Shown here piece by piece: positions 52,623 to 62,949 of a stretch of DNA of 64,000 nucleotides. Below the pieces are notes generated by a model, which worked only from the letters and a program-made list of their open reading frames with translations, ran no database searches and was not told the origin of the DNA. Source of the stretch: Rhodothermales bacterium (GTDB lineage Bacteria; Bacteroidota; Rhodothermia; Rhodothermales; VXPQ01); contig JBBDTI010000084.1 of assembly GCA_040904565.1 (NCBI GenBank), positions 11,939-75,938 on the forward strand, read 5' to 3'. Made by a program: the position numbers and the translations under genes. The first letter of the stretch is position 1; the number at the start of each line of letters is the position of its first letter.

Positions 52623-53501
52623 ATGAAAAAGCTTACACGACGAGAATTTTTAGGCGCTGGTGCCGTCGGTCTGGCGGCCGCGAGTCAGCTCAACACGGAC
52701 GCCTTCGCGCGTCCCGCGCGCCGCTTCGATGCGCCGATCAGCTTCCAGTCCTGGGGGATGAAGGATCAACTGAGTGAGGACTGGGACGGAACGATGGCGA
52801 GGGTCCGGGAGATCGGCTACTCCGGCATGGAGATGTGCTCACCCAGAAGCTACGGCCAGTTCGCATTCCTCAAAGACGTCAGCGGCCGGGATCTGCGCGC
52901 TCGCATTGAGAACGCCGGCCTGTTCTGTAAGACGTGCCACATGTCTGCCCGGGAAGTCGTCGATTTTGAGGAGCTCTACGGTACGATTGAATACGCCAAG
53001 GATCTCGGGCTCGAGAACATTACGATGTCTTCGGCCGGACTCGGAGGCGATGCGACGCTCGACGACTGGAAGGAATACGCCGATAAATCCAACCAGGCCG
53101 GTGAGGTAATTAAGGGGGCGGGCCTGCAGCTTGTCTACCACAACCATCAGATCGATCCGGTGATGGACGGGATCCCGCTCTACGACCGGCTGATGAGCAT
53201 GTTCGACGCCGATTTGGTCAAGATGCAGTTCCAGCTCGCCAGCATTCGAGGTGGCTACGACATCGTGGAGTACCTCGACAAGTATGCGGGTCGCTATATC
53301 TCGCTGCACATGCACGATTGGGATCCCGACGCAGAGACCATCGCACCGCTCGGCGACGGCATCATCGATTGGAAACGGCTCGTCCGGACGGCCATGAAGA
53401 GCAACATTCCCGATCACGGCTGGATTGTCGAAATCGAGACGGACGCGCCGTTCGAGGGTCTCGTCCGGAGCTACGACTACTTCAGCAAGCTCGAAGTATA
53501 G
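52623..53501 (+). CDS. Tat-exported sugar phosphate isomerase/epimerase (TIM barrel)
   Basis: TRREFL; IGYSGME, LVYHNH, SLHMHD, LGDGIIDW, IVEIE. Confidence 0.88.
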   Translation: MKKLTRREFLGAGAVGLAAASQLNTDAFARPARRFDAPISFQSWGMKDQLSEDWDGTMARVREIGYSGMEMCSPRSYGQFAFLKDVSGRDLRARIENAGLFCKTCHMSAREVVDFEELYGTIEYAKDLGLENITMSSAGLGGDATLDDWKEYADKSNQAGEVIKGAGLQLVYHNHQIDPVMDGIPLYDRLMSMFDADLVKMQFQLASIRGGYDIVEYLDKYAGRYISLHMHDWDPDAETIAPLGDGIIDWKRLVRTAMKSNIPDHGWIVEIETDAPFEGLVRSYDYFSKLEV

Positions 53502-53572
53502 TTCTTTCGCAGGTACGCGATTGGGCGCATGCCTCCGGTCGCGAAGAGCATCGCGGCAGCATAAGAGAAAAG

Positions 53573-53602
53573 AGCCCCGGGGTATATCCTCCGGGGCTTT
53601 TT
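53573..53602 (+). terminator. Intrinsic terminator
   Basis: AGCCCCGG-ggtatatcct-CCGGGGCT followed by TTTT, downstream of the isomerase. Confidence 0.8.
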
Positions 53603-53736
53603 GACTGGTGCCTACTGGGGGCTCATGCTTTGTGATGCCCCGGATAAATCGGGCAGTAAGATTTGACTGCGCGTCCTGCGAATGGCTGTGTAGATTGTGC
53701 TTTAGAAAGATTTTCGTGACAGCATTCGCATGCGAG

Positions 53737-54633
53737 ATGAGATTCGTAGCTGGGTTTCTGTTTTTCCTCGTCGGCTGTTCGCTTCTGGATGATTCTTCGC
53801 CAACGTCGAGCACGGTACGACTGGAGGTAGAACAGAACGATTACGTGGCAGAGCGAGAAATAGACGGTCCGCGCGCTCGATACGGCTTCGATCTCGTGGT
53901 GCACCTGTATAACGAGTCCCCGCACACGCTGTATCTACAGCGCTGTCGGCCGGACACGCCGTATCCCATATACGCCGTGAAACCGGTCGAGACGGAGAAC
54001 GCTCACGACGCGGCGTATAATGCCGTGTGGGCATGCCCTGGCAACGGTCATCCGTTCGTCGTACGACCGGGGATGACGCGCACCGACACGCTGCATCTTA
54101 GCGGACCGAATGGGTGGCTGGGCGGCACGATACGCCACCAGGGCATAATGGAGGGGCGCTTTCGTCTTCGCTATTCCATTGGCACCTGTCTATCCATGGC
54201 GGACTGTCCGCTCGACAATTCTGTGCAGCGCTCGGATGTTTTTGACGTATCACTGGCGTATCCTGATAACGATGAGCTGTCCGCGTACGCGCGCAAGATG
54301 GCCGGGACCTGGCAGTGGCTGCATTCTCTGGACGAGTCGGCGGGCCGGACGGTGTGGCCCGGAACGAGCGGCAACCCGCACCGGTCGCTGGAAATTAACG
54401 ATGAAGGTACGTTTCTCCTCCTGAGCGCCGGTGCGCTTGCCGCGCACGGTCGCTTCAATCTGGAGCGCGCAGGCCTTCGCCGCGTCCTCCGCTTCTCGGT
54501 GGAGAAGGGGCACGTGGAAGGGCTGGCACGCCTGCAGTATGTATGGCTCGAGCGTGAGAATACGCTCGTACTGGAAGACACCGGCTCATGTAACGCGTGT
54601 CTGTTGCATACCTTCAGCCGAATTGCCCGGTGA
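53737..54633 (+). CDS. Hypothetical two-domain lipoprotein
   Basis: Lipobox LVGC; Ig-like domain with Cys residues, then a GTWQW lipocalin-like domain ending CNAC. Confidence 0.65.
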   Translation: MRFVAGFLFFLVGCSLLDDSSPTSSTVRLEVEQNDYVAEREIDGPRARYGFDLVVHLYNESPHTLYLQRCRPDTPYPIYAVKPVETENAHDAAYNAVWACPGNGHPFVVRPGMTRTDTLHLSGPNGWLGGTIRHQGIMEGRFRLRYSIGTCLSMADCPLDNSVQRSDVFDVSLAYPDNDELSAYARKMAGTWQWLHSLDESAGRTVWPGTSGNPHRSLEINDEGTFLLLSAGALAAHGRFNLERAGLRRVLRFSVEKGHVEGLARLQYVWLERENTLVLEDTGSCNACLLHTFSRIAR

Positions 54634-54712
54634 TTCGGCCTGTAAACAGCGCGGCAACCTTGGAGGCAGATACCAGGTTAAAACTTAGACACCGGAAGGT
54701 CCATCGCAGCTC

Positions 54713-55870
54713 ATGAAGGAGTCGGAATCGGTCATCACATCTAACGGCGGAGAGTCCGGCAGCGACCGGCGCTCCATCGTCGAAGACGCCCTCGCGATGG
54801 GCGACATCCGCATCGACGGGTCGCGGCCGTGGGACATCCAGGTGCACGACGACCGGTTCTACCGGCGGGTGCTATCCGAAGACGCACTCGGGTTGGGCGA
54901 ATCCTACGTAGAAGGGTGGTGGGACGCGGACGAGCTCGACGCCTTCTTTTTCCGGCTGCTCCAGATCGATCTCAGCGACGTGCGCATGTCCTGGCGCCGG
55001 AAGTGGACGGTGCTAAGGGATCGCGTCGTCAACCGGCAGAGCAAGTCGCGCGCATTCGAGATCGGAGAGTACCACTACGACCGCGGAAATGACCTCTTCC
55101 GCGAGATGCTCGACCGCCGGATGACGTATACGTGCGGATACTGGAAGAATGCGTCAACCCTCGACGAGGCCCAGGAGGCGAAGCTCGATCTCGTGTGCCG
55201 CAAGATCGGCCTCCGGCCGGGGCAGACCGTTCTCGACATCGGATGTGGGTGGGGCAGCTTTATGAAGTACGCCGCCGAAAACTACGGCGTTTCGGCGGTC
55301 GGCGTGACGGTATCCGAGGAACAGGCGGCGCTCGGACGCAAGCTCTGTGAGGGGCTGCCCGTCGAAATCCGCCTGCAGGACTACCGTGACGTTTCCGGCC
55401 GGTTCGACCACGTGGTGTCGCTCGGCATGTTCGAACACGTTGGTCCGAAAAACTACCGAGCGTTTTTCGAGAAGGCGGCGGACTGTTTGGAGGACGACGG
55501 GCTCCTCCTCCTGCATACGATCGGCAACCGGTTCTCGGATACGACGACGGACCCGTTTTCGGAGAAATACATCTTCCCCAACAGCGTCATTCCGTCCATT
55601 CGCCAGATCGGGGAGGCAACCGAGCGGCTCTTCGTGATGGAGGATTGGCACAACTTCGGCCCGGACTACGACCCCACGCTCATGGCGTGGAACGACAATT
55701 TTGAAGCGGGATGGGAGGAACTGCGACCCCGGTATGGCGACAGCTTCTATCGCCTGTGGCGCTATTTCTTGCTGTCGAGCGCGGCGTCGTTCCGCGTCCG
55801 CAAGATGCAGCTGTGGCAGATCGTCTTTTCCAGGGACGGCATCATCGGAGGCTACGATCCGGTCCGGTGA
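54713..55870 (+). CDS. cfa: Cyclopropane-fatty-acyl-phospholipid synthase
   Basis: LGLGESY..GWWD, HYD.GN.LF, MTYTCGYW, VLDIGCGWG, MFEHVG.KNY, KYIFP, MEDWHNFG. Confidence 0.95.
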   Translation: MKESESVITSNGGESGSDRRSIVEDALAMGDIRIDGSRPWDIQVHDDRFYRRVLSEDALGLGESYVEGWWDADELDAFFFRLLQIDLSDVRMSWRRKWTVLRDRVVNRQSKSRAFEIGEYHYDRGNDLFREMLDRRMTYTCGYWKNASTLDEAQEAKLDLVCRKIGLRPGQTVLDIGCGWGSFMKYAAENYGVSAVGVTVSEEQAALGRKLCEGLPVEIRLQDYRDVSGRFDHVVSLGMFEHVGPKNYRAFFEKAADCLEDDGLLLLHTIGNRFSDTTTDPFSEKYIFPNSVIPSIRQIGEATERLFVMEDWHNFGPDYDPTLMAWNDNFEAGWEELRPRYGDSFYRLWRYFLLSSAASFRVRKMQLWQIVFSRDGIIGGYDPVR

Positions 55871-55904
55871 TGCGGGGGGATCGGCACGTGTGCTCCTGCG
55901 GTCA

Positions 55905-57176
55905 CTAGAGCCGGGTGTTGACCACACTGCTGTAGATCGACCCGAACGTGTAGCTCATGCCGAGCGAGAGGCGGTAGTCGTACGTCGTTGCAAGCTGTTT
56001 CTGCTGGAGGAGAAGATCCTCGAGCGAGCCCTCGTCGGCCGCCAGATACAGTTGATCGTGGATGATCTCTAATCCGCCCGAGATGCGAAAGTTGAGTCCG
56101 CGGAAGACGCGGAGGTTGACATTGCTGAAAAGCTCGAGCCGGTTCTTGCTGAAGTCGTGCATGTAGTGCGACCCCTCGAGGTAGAAAAACGTGCTGCCCC
56201 AGGGCTGCACGACGCGAAGCCGACCCGTCAGCGACTGGTTCGAGAGAATCTGGGACGTCTCCGCAAAGATCGTCCGCTCGACGTAATCCAGCGACTGGTA
56301 TCCCACACGGTACACGAACGTGAGCTCTCTCCGTGAAGACTGCTCGTACGGGAAGACGCTGTATTCGAGGGCCGGCGCGACGCGCACGCCGGCGTCGATA
56401 TTCTGATAGGTGGATGAATAGACGCGGGAGAAGAGGCCCGAGGACCAGTGTTCGGCGAGGCTGTAGACCACGGACGTGACGACGCTTCGGCTCGTCAGCG
56501 TGCTGGTAATGGTCTCGTCGTCGTTGCGTTCGAACCGGCGCTGCCGGTGGTCGCCGGACAGGCGAGCCTGGATCTTCCAGTTTTCGGTCACGCGATCGGC
56601 GGCGACGCTCGATCTCATGTAAAGAGACCGCTGCGAGGCCTCTCCGTTGATGCTTCCGCTGCCTTCGATCTCGAACACCCAGTCGCGCCACGGGTCCTCC
56701 TCGTCGTCGTCCTCGGTGGATGTCTCCGGGGCGTCGTAGTCGATCCGAATCTGCGATGCGAGCGGCGTCTGCGCCACATAGGGGATCAACCCGAGCTTCA
56801 TCTGATGAACCAGCCCCGCCCGCCGCTCGTCGGACGTCGTTTCGCTTGTGGCCGTGTAAACAAGGCGCCGATCTTCACCGATCTGGCGATTCTGACCGAT
56901 GAAATTCAGCTGGTACTCGCGCCCCCCGCTGCCCGTCGCCTGGGACGTAACGAGCAGGTGGATGTCGGAATCCTGCCGGTCGCGAACGTAATCCACGAAT
57001 GGAATTTCGCGGCGGGTGTAGTTCACATCGCAGAAACTGCAGTCGAGAAACACACGGGCCGATCGCGATGAAGGCTCCTCTTCGCGGTCGTTGGCGAGAG
57101 GGCCCGACTCCTGGCCGAGTGCAGCCTGAGGAGATAGCATCGAAACGCCCGCGACGACGAGCAGAATCGTCGTCAA
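55905..57176 (-). CDS. Outer-membrane beta-barrel-like hypothetical protein with N-terminal CxxC
   Basis: VFLDCSFCDVNY..FVDYVRDR; alternating beta-strands; C-terminal YTFGSIY..VVN.R; start uncertain (in-frame TTG at 57176, ORF open to 57395). Confidence 0.75.
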   Translation of the reverse strand: MTTILLVVAGVSMLSPQAALGQESGPLANDREEEPSSRSARVFLDCSFCDVNYTRREIPFVDYVRDRQDSDIHLLVTSQATGSGGREYQLNFIGQNRQIGEDRRLVYTATSETTSDERRAGLVHQMKLGLIPYVAQTPLASQIRIDYDAPETSTEDDDEEDPWRDWVFEIEGSGSINGEASQRSLYMRSSVAADRVTENWKIQARLSGDHRQRRFERNDDETITSTLTSRSVVTSVVYSLAEHWSSGLFSRVYSSTYQNIDAGVRVAPALEYSVFPYEQSSRRELTFVYRVGYQSLDYVERTIFAETSQILSNQSLTGRLRVVQPWGSTFFYLEGSHYMHDFSKNRLELFSNVNLRVFRGLNFRISGGLEIIHDQLYLAADEGSLEDLLLQQKQLATTYDYRLSLGMSYTFGSIYSSVVNTRL

Positions 57177-57423
57177 AAGGTGCCAGGAACGACGTTCAAG
57201 GGTCGTTACGGCCGGCCGGCGAGCATGATAGTGTAGGGAGGAAGAATCGTCCGCGATAATACGTTCCACGAGCTCTTGCTTGATTGAACAACGGGGCGAA
57301 ATACGAGATCGGTTGGCTCGTTCCGCGTACAGCGACTGTTGCATCCAACCGGCGCAATGACCGTGCCGAACACCGGATGTCGGCATCCAACGCACGTTGA
57401 GGGAATCGGGTTCGGAAAAGGAT

Positions 57424-59457
57424 TCAAAGCTCCACCCGCTTGAGCAGCTGAGCGTTGAGGGCTACGATTACGGTGCTGGCCGACATCAGCACGGCACCTA
57501 CGGCGGGGGAAAGCAGAATGCCGAACGTGTAGAGCGCGCCGGCGGCGAGAGGGAGGGCGACGATGTTATAGCCGGCCGCCCACCAGAGATTCTGGACCAT
57601 CTTTCGGTACGTGGCGCGCGAGAGCGTAATGATTTTCGGGATGTCGCGCGGGTCGGAGCGGACGAGCACGATGTGTCCGGCTTCGACGGCCACGTCGGTC
57701 CCCGCCCCGATGGCTATGCCGACGTCGGCCGTAGCCAGCGCCGGGGCGTCGTTGACGCCGTCGCCGACCATGGCCACGCGTTTGCCCTGGGACTGCAGCT
57801 CTTCCACTTTCGAGGCCTTGTCCTCCGGAAGTACCTCCGCGAAAACGGTGTCGATGCCCAATTCTTCGGCGACGGCGTGGGCTACGGCCTCGGCGTCGCC
57901 CGTCAGCATGGCCACTTCGATCCCCCGTGCGTGCAGTGCGTCGATGGCCTCTCGGCTCTCCTCGCGGATGGCGTCCGCTACACTAAAGACGGCCAGAACC
58001 TCCCTATCACGCAGCAGATGGATGGCTGCCTGTCCACGCTCTGCCGCACGGTCCGCGGCGTCCCGCAGGGCGGATGGAAGGGATGCATCTTCGGCCTTTA
58101 AGAGTGCCGGACCGCCCATATGATATTCGACCCCGTCTACGGTCGCCGCGACGCCTTTACCTGTAATCGCGCGGAAGTCGTCGGCAGCCGGTACCTCGAT
58201 ATCGCGGTCCTCAGCGGTTTTCACGATGCCGCGCGCGATGGGATGTTCCGATTCGGCTTCCACAGCGGCCGCGATCCGGAGGGCGTCCTCCTCCGACAGC
58301 TCGTCCGACGCGGCCACGTTCACCACGCGAAACTCACCAAGCGTCAGCGTGCCCGTCTTATCGAAGACGACCACGTCCACCTTTCGCGCTTCTTCGAGTC
58401 CGCGGCGGTCGCGGACCAGCAGTCCGCCCTGCGCGCCTTTCGTCGTCGAGATGGCCACGACGAGCGGGACGGCGAGACCGAGTGCATGCGGGCACGCGAT
58501 CACCAGCACGGTCACCACGCGAACGATAGAGAAGTCCCACGGCGCGCCGACGAGTTGCCACGCGACGAGCGTGACGAGTCCGGCAGCGAGCGCGACGCCC
58601 GTGAGCAGCTGTGCGGCCCGGTCTGCCAGGTGCTGTGCGCGGGATTTGGACTCCTGCGCGTCGGAGACGAGCCGCATGATGCCCGAGAGCTTGGTATCCT
58701 CCCCCGTTCCGGTGACTTCCACGCGGAGCGAGCCTTCCCCGTTGATCGTTCCCGCGATGACCTCGTCGCCCTCTTCCTTCGAGACCGGCCGCGACTCACC
58801 GGTTATCATCGCCTCGTTCAGTTCGCTCCGGCCTTTTCGGACGAGGCCGTCGACCGGCACGCTTTCTCCCGGTCGGACGAGCACGAGATCGCCTTTTTGC
58901 AGCTCGTCTACCGTCACTTCTTCGGTGCCGTCGTCCGTGACGAGCGTCGCCTTGTCGGGCAGGAGTTTCGCGAGCTCCTGCAGCGCCCCCTGGGCCTGCG
59001 AGATCGAGCGCATCTCGATCCAGTGTCCCAGCAGCATGATCGTCACCAGCGTGGCGAGCTCCCACCACAGCGCCTGGGCGTCGAGAAGGTCGAATTCCAC
59101 CACGGCCGAAAAGACGAAGGCCACGGTGATGGCCAGGGCGATCAGCGTCATCATCCCCGGGAGCCGGTCCTTCAACTCACGGAGGGCCCCCTTTACGAAG
59201 ACCCATCCGCCGTAGACGAACACGATGGTGCCGAAGACGGGCGGGATCCAGGCCGATCCGGGAAACTCCGGCGCCTGGAATCCCACGATCTCCTGGATGT
59301 GAGCCGACCAGAAAACGACGGGAAGCGTCAGGACGAGCGACAGCCAGAACTTGCTCCGAAACATGGCTACACTGTGTCCGGCGTGCTTGTCGTGGCCGGT
59401 GTGATTGTCATGGCCGGCGTGTTTGTCGTGCCCGCCTTGCTTTTCGTGATCGGCCAT
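57424..59457 (-). CDS. copB: P1B-3 copper-exporting ATPase (CopB type)
   Basis: His-rich N-terminus; PGMMTLIALAI, IACPHALGLA, DKTGTLT, SEHP, GDGVNDAPAL, YN, MSAST. Confidence 0.93.
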   Translation of the reverse strand: MADHEKQGGHDKHAGHDNHTGHDKHAGHSVAMFRSKFWLSLVLTLPVVFWSAHIQEIVGFQAPEFPGSAWIPPVFGTIVFVYGGWVFVKGALRELKDRLPGMMTLIALAITVAFVFSAVVEFDLLDAQALWWELATLVTIMLLGHWIEMRSISQAQGALQELAKLLPDKATLVTDDGTEEVTVDELQKGDLVLVRPGESVPVDGLVRKGRSELNEAMITGESRPVSKEEGDEVIAGTINGEGSLRVEVTGTGEDTKLSGIMRLVSDAQESKSRAQHLADRAAQLLTGVALAAGLVTLVAWQLVGAPWDFSIVRVVTVLVIACPHALGLAVPLVVAISTTKGAQGGLLVRDRRGLEEARKVDVVVFDKTGTLTLGEFRVVNVAASDELSEEDALRIAAAVEAESEHPIARGIVKTAEDRDIEVPAADDFRAITGKGVAATVDGVEYHMGGPALLKAEDASLPSALRDAADRAAERGQAAIHLLRDREVLAVFSVADAIREESREAIDALHARGIEVAMLTGDAEAVAHAVAEELGIDTVFAEVLPEDKASKVEELQSQGKRVAMVGDGVNDAPALATADVGIAIGAGTDVAVEAGHIVLVRSDPRDIPKIITLSRATYRKMVQNLWWAAGYNIVALPLAAGALYTFGILLSPAVGAVLMSASTVIVALNAQLLKRVEL
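59374..59433 (-). repeat. 18-bp tandem repeat encoding GHDKHA-GHDNHT-GHDKHA-GH
   Basis: + strand units gtgtccggcgtgcttgtc / gtggccggtgtgattgtc / atggccggcgtgtttgtc. Confidence 0.8.
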
Positions 59458-59704
59458 GTGCGCATCACCCAAGTGTGTATCGATCCTCTACCGGTGCTCG
59501 GTCCTGAATCAGATTCTGCGACGGACAAGCTACGAATCTACGGCGTTCGATGAGCGTCGCGCACCGGGTATATGTCCGGATGCAGCCGAAACGGCCGTCC
59601 GCGACGTGACAATCGTGTGAGGATCCTCCGGGCCTGTGCACGTCGACATCCTATTCCAGTATCAATATGTGCGTAGAGCTGGACATTTCAGCGGAGGAGA
59701 AACG

Positions 59705-60610
59705 ATGAGATCGATACGAAGGGGCTTAGTTTTCGTGGCGATGCTGCTGCTGGTATCGTGTGAATCGCGGCCGCCGGACGGCGACGCGACGACGGCGGCG
59801 CCCGTAGATACGACCGGACTTCAGCGCGCGTATGCGGTAATGGACTCCCTTCATGCCGATATGATGGCTCAATACCGTTTGATGGAAGACGATGTGCCGG
59901 ATGTCGCACGGCAGATGTACGGGTCCTTGCAGGCCATGCACCGGTCGGCCGCCGAGATGCACGGCGGGATGATGGGTGGCGCGGGCATGGGCCACGGCAT
60001 GAGTGGCGACATGAATGGTGGCATGATGGGCGGCGGAATGATGGGCGGTGCGATGATGGACATGCATCGTGCGCGAGAATGGGATCGGCAGATGGCGGCG
60101 ATGCACGCGCAAATGAGCGCCTATATGCGGGGGCAAGGCTATGAGGAGATGGCGGAGCTGCACGATGAAATGGCCGTCCGTTTCCACGGCACGTCCGAGG
60201 CACTCCCTCGTGACGGCAGCGGCGACGTTCAGTCGGACGCGGAGCCGGCCGCCGGAGCGGAGATCTACGGGAAGGAATGTGCTACGTGCCACGGGTCGGA
60301 TGGCGAAGGCGTCCAGGGGGTCTTCCCGCCGCTGGCCGGGTCGGAGTGGGTTACCGGGGATTCCGCCGTTCCCGTCAAAATCCTGCTCCACGGCCTGGCG
60401 GGCGATATCGAGGTGCGGGGTGAGGCGTATCGCGGCACGATGCCCGCGTTCGGAGCCCGAATGAGCGACGCCGAAATCGCCGCGGTCACGTCGTTCGTGC
60501 GATCCTCCTGGGACAACGAAGCCGGCCGCATCGCGAAAGAGGATGTCCGTCAGATTCGAGAAGAGTTCGCCTCGCGATCCGGACCGTGGGAGGGTGACGA
60601 ATTGCAATGA
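59705..60610 (+). CDS. Lipoprotein: Met/His-rich helical domain fused to class I cytochrome c
   Basis: SD GGAGG; lipobox LVSC; 25 Met and 8 His between the lipobox and the cytochrome; GAEIY..CATCHG.DG.G..FPPL, MPAF. Confidence 0.88.
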   Translation: MRSIRRGLVFVAMLLLVSCESRPPDGDATTAAPVDTTGLQRAYAVMDSLHADMMAQYRLMEDDVPDVARQMYGSLQAMHRSAAEMHGGMMGGAGMGHGMSGDMNGGMMGGGMMGGAMMDMHRAREWDRQMAAMHAQMSAYMRGQGYEEMAELHDEMAVRFHGTSEALPRDGSGDVQSDAEPAAGAEIYGKECATCHGSDGEGVQGVFPPLAGSEWVTGDSAVPVKILLHGLAGDIEVRGEAYRGTMPAFGARMSDAEIAAVTSFVRSSWDNEAGRIAKEDVRQIREEFASRSGPWEGDELQ

Positions 60611-60682
60611 GCGCCGACGTGGACCTTTCGGCATAGACGTAGACCCTCCGGCCCAGCTGCCGGGGCTGCCGTCCGCGACCCT

Positions 60683-61555
60683 TCAGTGTTCTGCCAGCGC
60701 ACGCACGGCGGCGACCACGCCGTCGACGACCATCGCCATGCGACCGTAATCGAGCGTCTCCGGCCTATCACCCGGGCCGTGGTAATGGGGATTGCGAAAC
60801 ATGGCCGTGTCGGTGATCATGAGGGCCGGGTACCGGTTGCGCCAGTAGCTGAGATGATCGGAAAAGGCGACGCCGGGCAAGACCGAGGGGGCATTGAGCG
60901 ACTCCACCGGAAGCGATGAGCCGTCCCGCATCGCGTCACGGACGGTTCGCACGAGCCGGCGGTCGAACAGCCGGCCCACGACGGCGATGAAATTTCCTTC
61001 TGACGGATAGAACGGCTTGAGGAAGAAGAGCGGAAACCGCTGGCTGTCCGGTTCGTCGCTGAAGTATCCGATCATTTCCAGAGAAATCATCGCCGACACG
61101 TCGATGCCTTCCTCACGCAGAGCCGCGGCGTGCACGTAGCTTCCCATCTGCTTCGAAAAGAAGAAGGGTGGTTCCTCGAGGCAATAAGCTACGAACTCCA
61201 CGGCGCCGTCCGGCGGATTGTCTGCAAGAAGACTCGCCAGTTCCAGCAGTCCCGCCACCCCGCTCGCATTATCGTCCGCCGCCGGATAGGGTCCGGCCGC
61301 GTCGTAATGTGCACCGACGACCACTCGCGGTTCCGTTTCCGAGCCCAGAAGCGCCGTTACGTTTTTGTAGGTTGAGCTTTCTGCGTAGAACGGCTGGTAG
61401 GATACGGCGAACGCCTCGGTTTCGGTAAAATGATCGTGCACGTACTCCGTCGTGAGCCGCAGGTTGTCCCGGTGGGTATAGTCCCGCGGCACAAACGCCC
61501 CGGCGATCTTGTCTACATGCTGTCGGAGGCGTTCGGGAGATGCTTTCTCGTGCAC
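60683..61555 (-). CDS. M28 family peptidase
   Basis: VVVGAHYD, ADDNASG, LEEPP, SLEMIGY, SDH, NPHYH; start uncertain (GTG at 61555; ORF open to 61696). Confidence 0.88.
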   Translation of the reverse strand: MHEKASPERLRQHVDKIAGAFVPRDYTHRDNLRLTTEYVHDHFTETEAFAVSYQPFYAESSTYKNVTALLGSETEPRVVVGAHYDAAGPYPAADDNASGVAGLLELASLLADNPPDGAVEFVAYCLEEPPFFFSKQMGSYVHAAALREEGIDVSAMISLEMIGYFSDEPDSQRFPLFFLKPFYPSEGNFIAVVGRLFDRRLVRTVRDAMRDGSSLPVESLNAPSVLPGVAFSDHLSYWRNRYPALMITDTAMFRNPHYHGPGDRPETLDYGRMAMVVDGVVAAVRALAEH

Positions 61556-61712
61556 GGGAAGGTATGTCGATGGACGAGCCGTCGTATCTGTGAAGGTAAG
61601 ATCGCGTGCGGAGAGATGAACGTGCGCGGATCGGGAGCGCTTTACGATGCGAGCCGCCGCGTACGGACGATGATCTCCGGACGGTAGATGTTTCAAGTAG
61701 CGATTTCAAATT

Positions 61713-62537
61713 ATGCATCCCGAGTCGAACGCGACACCGCCACTGCTTCGCCATAAGGCCTACGAGGCACCGTCCGTATTCACGCCCGAGAACCTGCTCC
61801 GCGAGGCGCGCCGGCAAAAGGAGGTGGAAGAAGGACGAGTGCCGGCCGTGTGTCTGCTCGATCCCGACGGAGACATCGTCCGAAACCTGCGTGCGGCGGG
61901 GCGGGCCCGGAAGAGCCGCCACTGGCCGTGCTATCACACGGATATGTATGAGTTCGAGCACGAGGGGCGGACGCTCGGCGTCGTGGGTCGCGCAGTAGGC
62001 GGCGCGTTCGCCGTACTCGTGGTGGAGGAACTCTTTGCGATGGGCTGCGAGCTGCTCGTGAGCGTAACGTCGTCCGGTCAGATTCACCCGATGGGGAATC
62101 CTCCCTACTTCGTGCTCGTCGATAGGGCTCTCCGGGATGAGGGCACCAGCTACCATTATCTCCCTCCATCTGAATTCGTCCATTTGGACCCTCGTCTGAG
62201 AGATGGTCTGGCCGGTGCGTTTGAGAAGAGCGAGGTGCCGGTTCACGCCGGCGCCTGCTGGACGACCGACGCTCCCTTTCGCGAGACCGAGGAGGCGATC
62301 TCTGCGGCAAGGCGATTGGACATCCTGTCGGTGGAGATGGAAGCGGCCGCGCTGTACGCGTTCGCCACGGCGCGCGACAGGCCCGTCGTCTGCTTCGCGC
62401 ACGTAACGAATCAGATGGCGACCGATGCGGGAGATTTCGAAAAAGGGGAAGCCGACGGCAGCCGCGATGCCCTACGCATCGTTGCGATGGCCGTCGATGC
62501 GCTCGAAAAGGCCGGAGTACCAGGGGAGAAGTTGTAG
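61713..62537 (+). CDS. Nucleoside phosphorylase (PNP/UDP family)
   Basis: VGGAFA, RALRDEGTSYHY, WTTDAPFRET, VEMEAAAL. Confidence 0.9.
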   Translation: MHPESNATPPLLRHKAYEAPSVFTPENLLREARRQKEVEEGRVPAVCLLDPDGDIVRNLRAAGRARKSRHWPCYHTDMYEFEHEGRTLGVVGRAVGGAFAVLVVEELFAMGCELLVSVTSSGQIHPMGNPPYFVLVDRALRDEGTSYHYLPPSEFVHLDPRLRDGLAGAFEKSEVPVHAGACWTTDAPFRETEEAISAARRLDILSVEMEAAALYAFATARDRPVVCFAHVTNQMATDAGDFEKGEADGSRDALRIVAMAVDALEKAGVPGEKL

Positions 62538-62949
62538 ACCCGGCCGCACGACGCAGGTCCGCGTGAAACGTTTCGGAAAATCAAAGCACGTACAGTCGAG
62601 GACGAGCCCTTCGAAGTGCTTGAACCTCCGCGCGTATCACCTTCTGAGAGCCGCACGCCGCACCGATGCTGAAACGCCTGGCTGAGATCCCCGACCATTT
62701 CATCGCACAGGAGACGCGCGGTGAGCTGGACCTATATCACCGTGCGCGGATGTTTGTCGGCGTTGCTCTCTATATGACCGTCCTCAGCCCGCTATATGCG
62801 GCGCTGCATCGCTGACGTGGCTTTGGGCAAGTCCCATTTTAGCGATCATACTCCTCGGTACGAAAGCGGGCGTAATCTGGGCGATTCCGACGGTCGGCAC
62901 CTATACGCTGTTTTTCGGACTCGCCGCATCATCCCGTGAGCTACCTTCG

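Noticed and set aside
59617-59644. ECF motif upstream of the Met-rich cytochrome (GTGAG...CGTC)
   Set aside because: The spacer is 19 nt rather than 17 and the -35 element has a mismatch.
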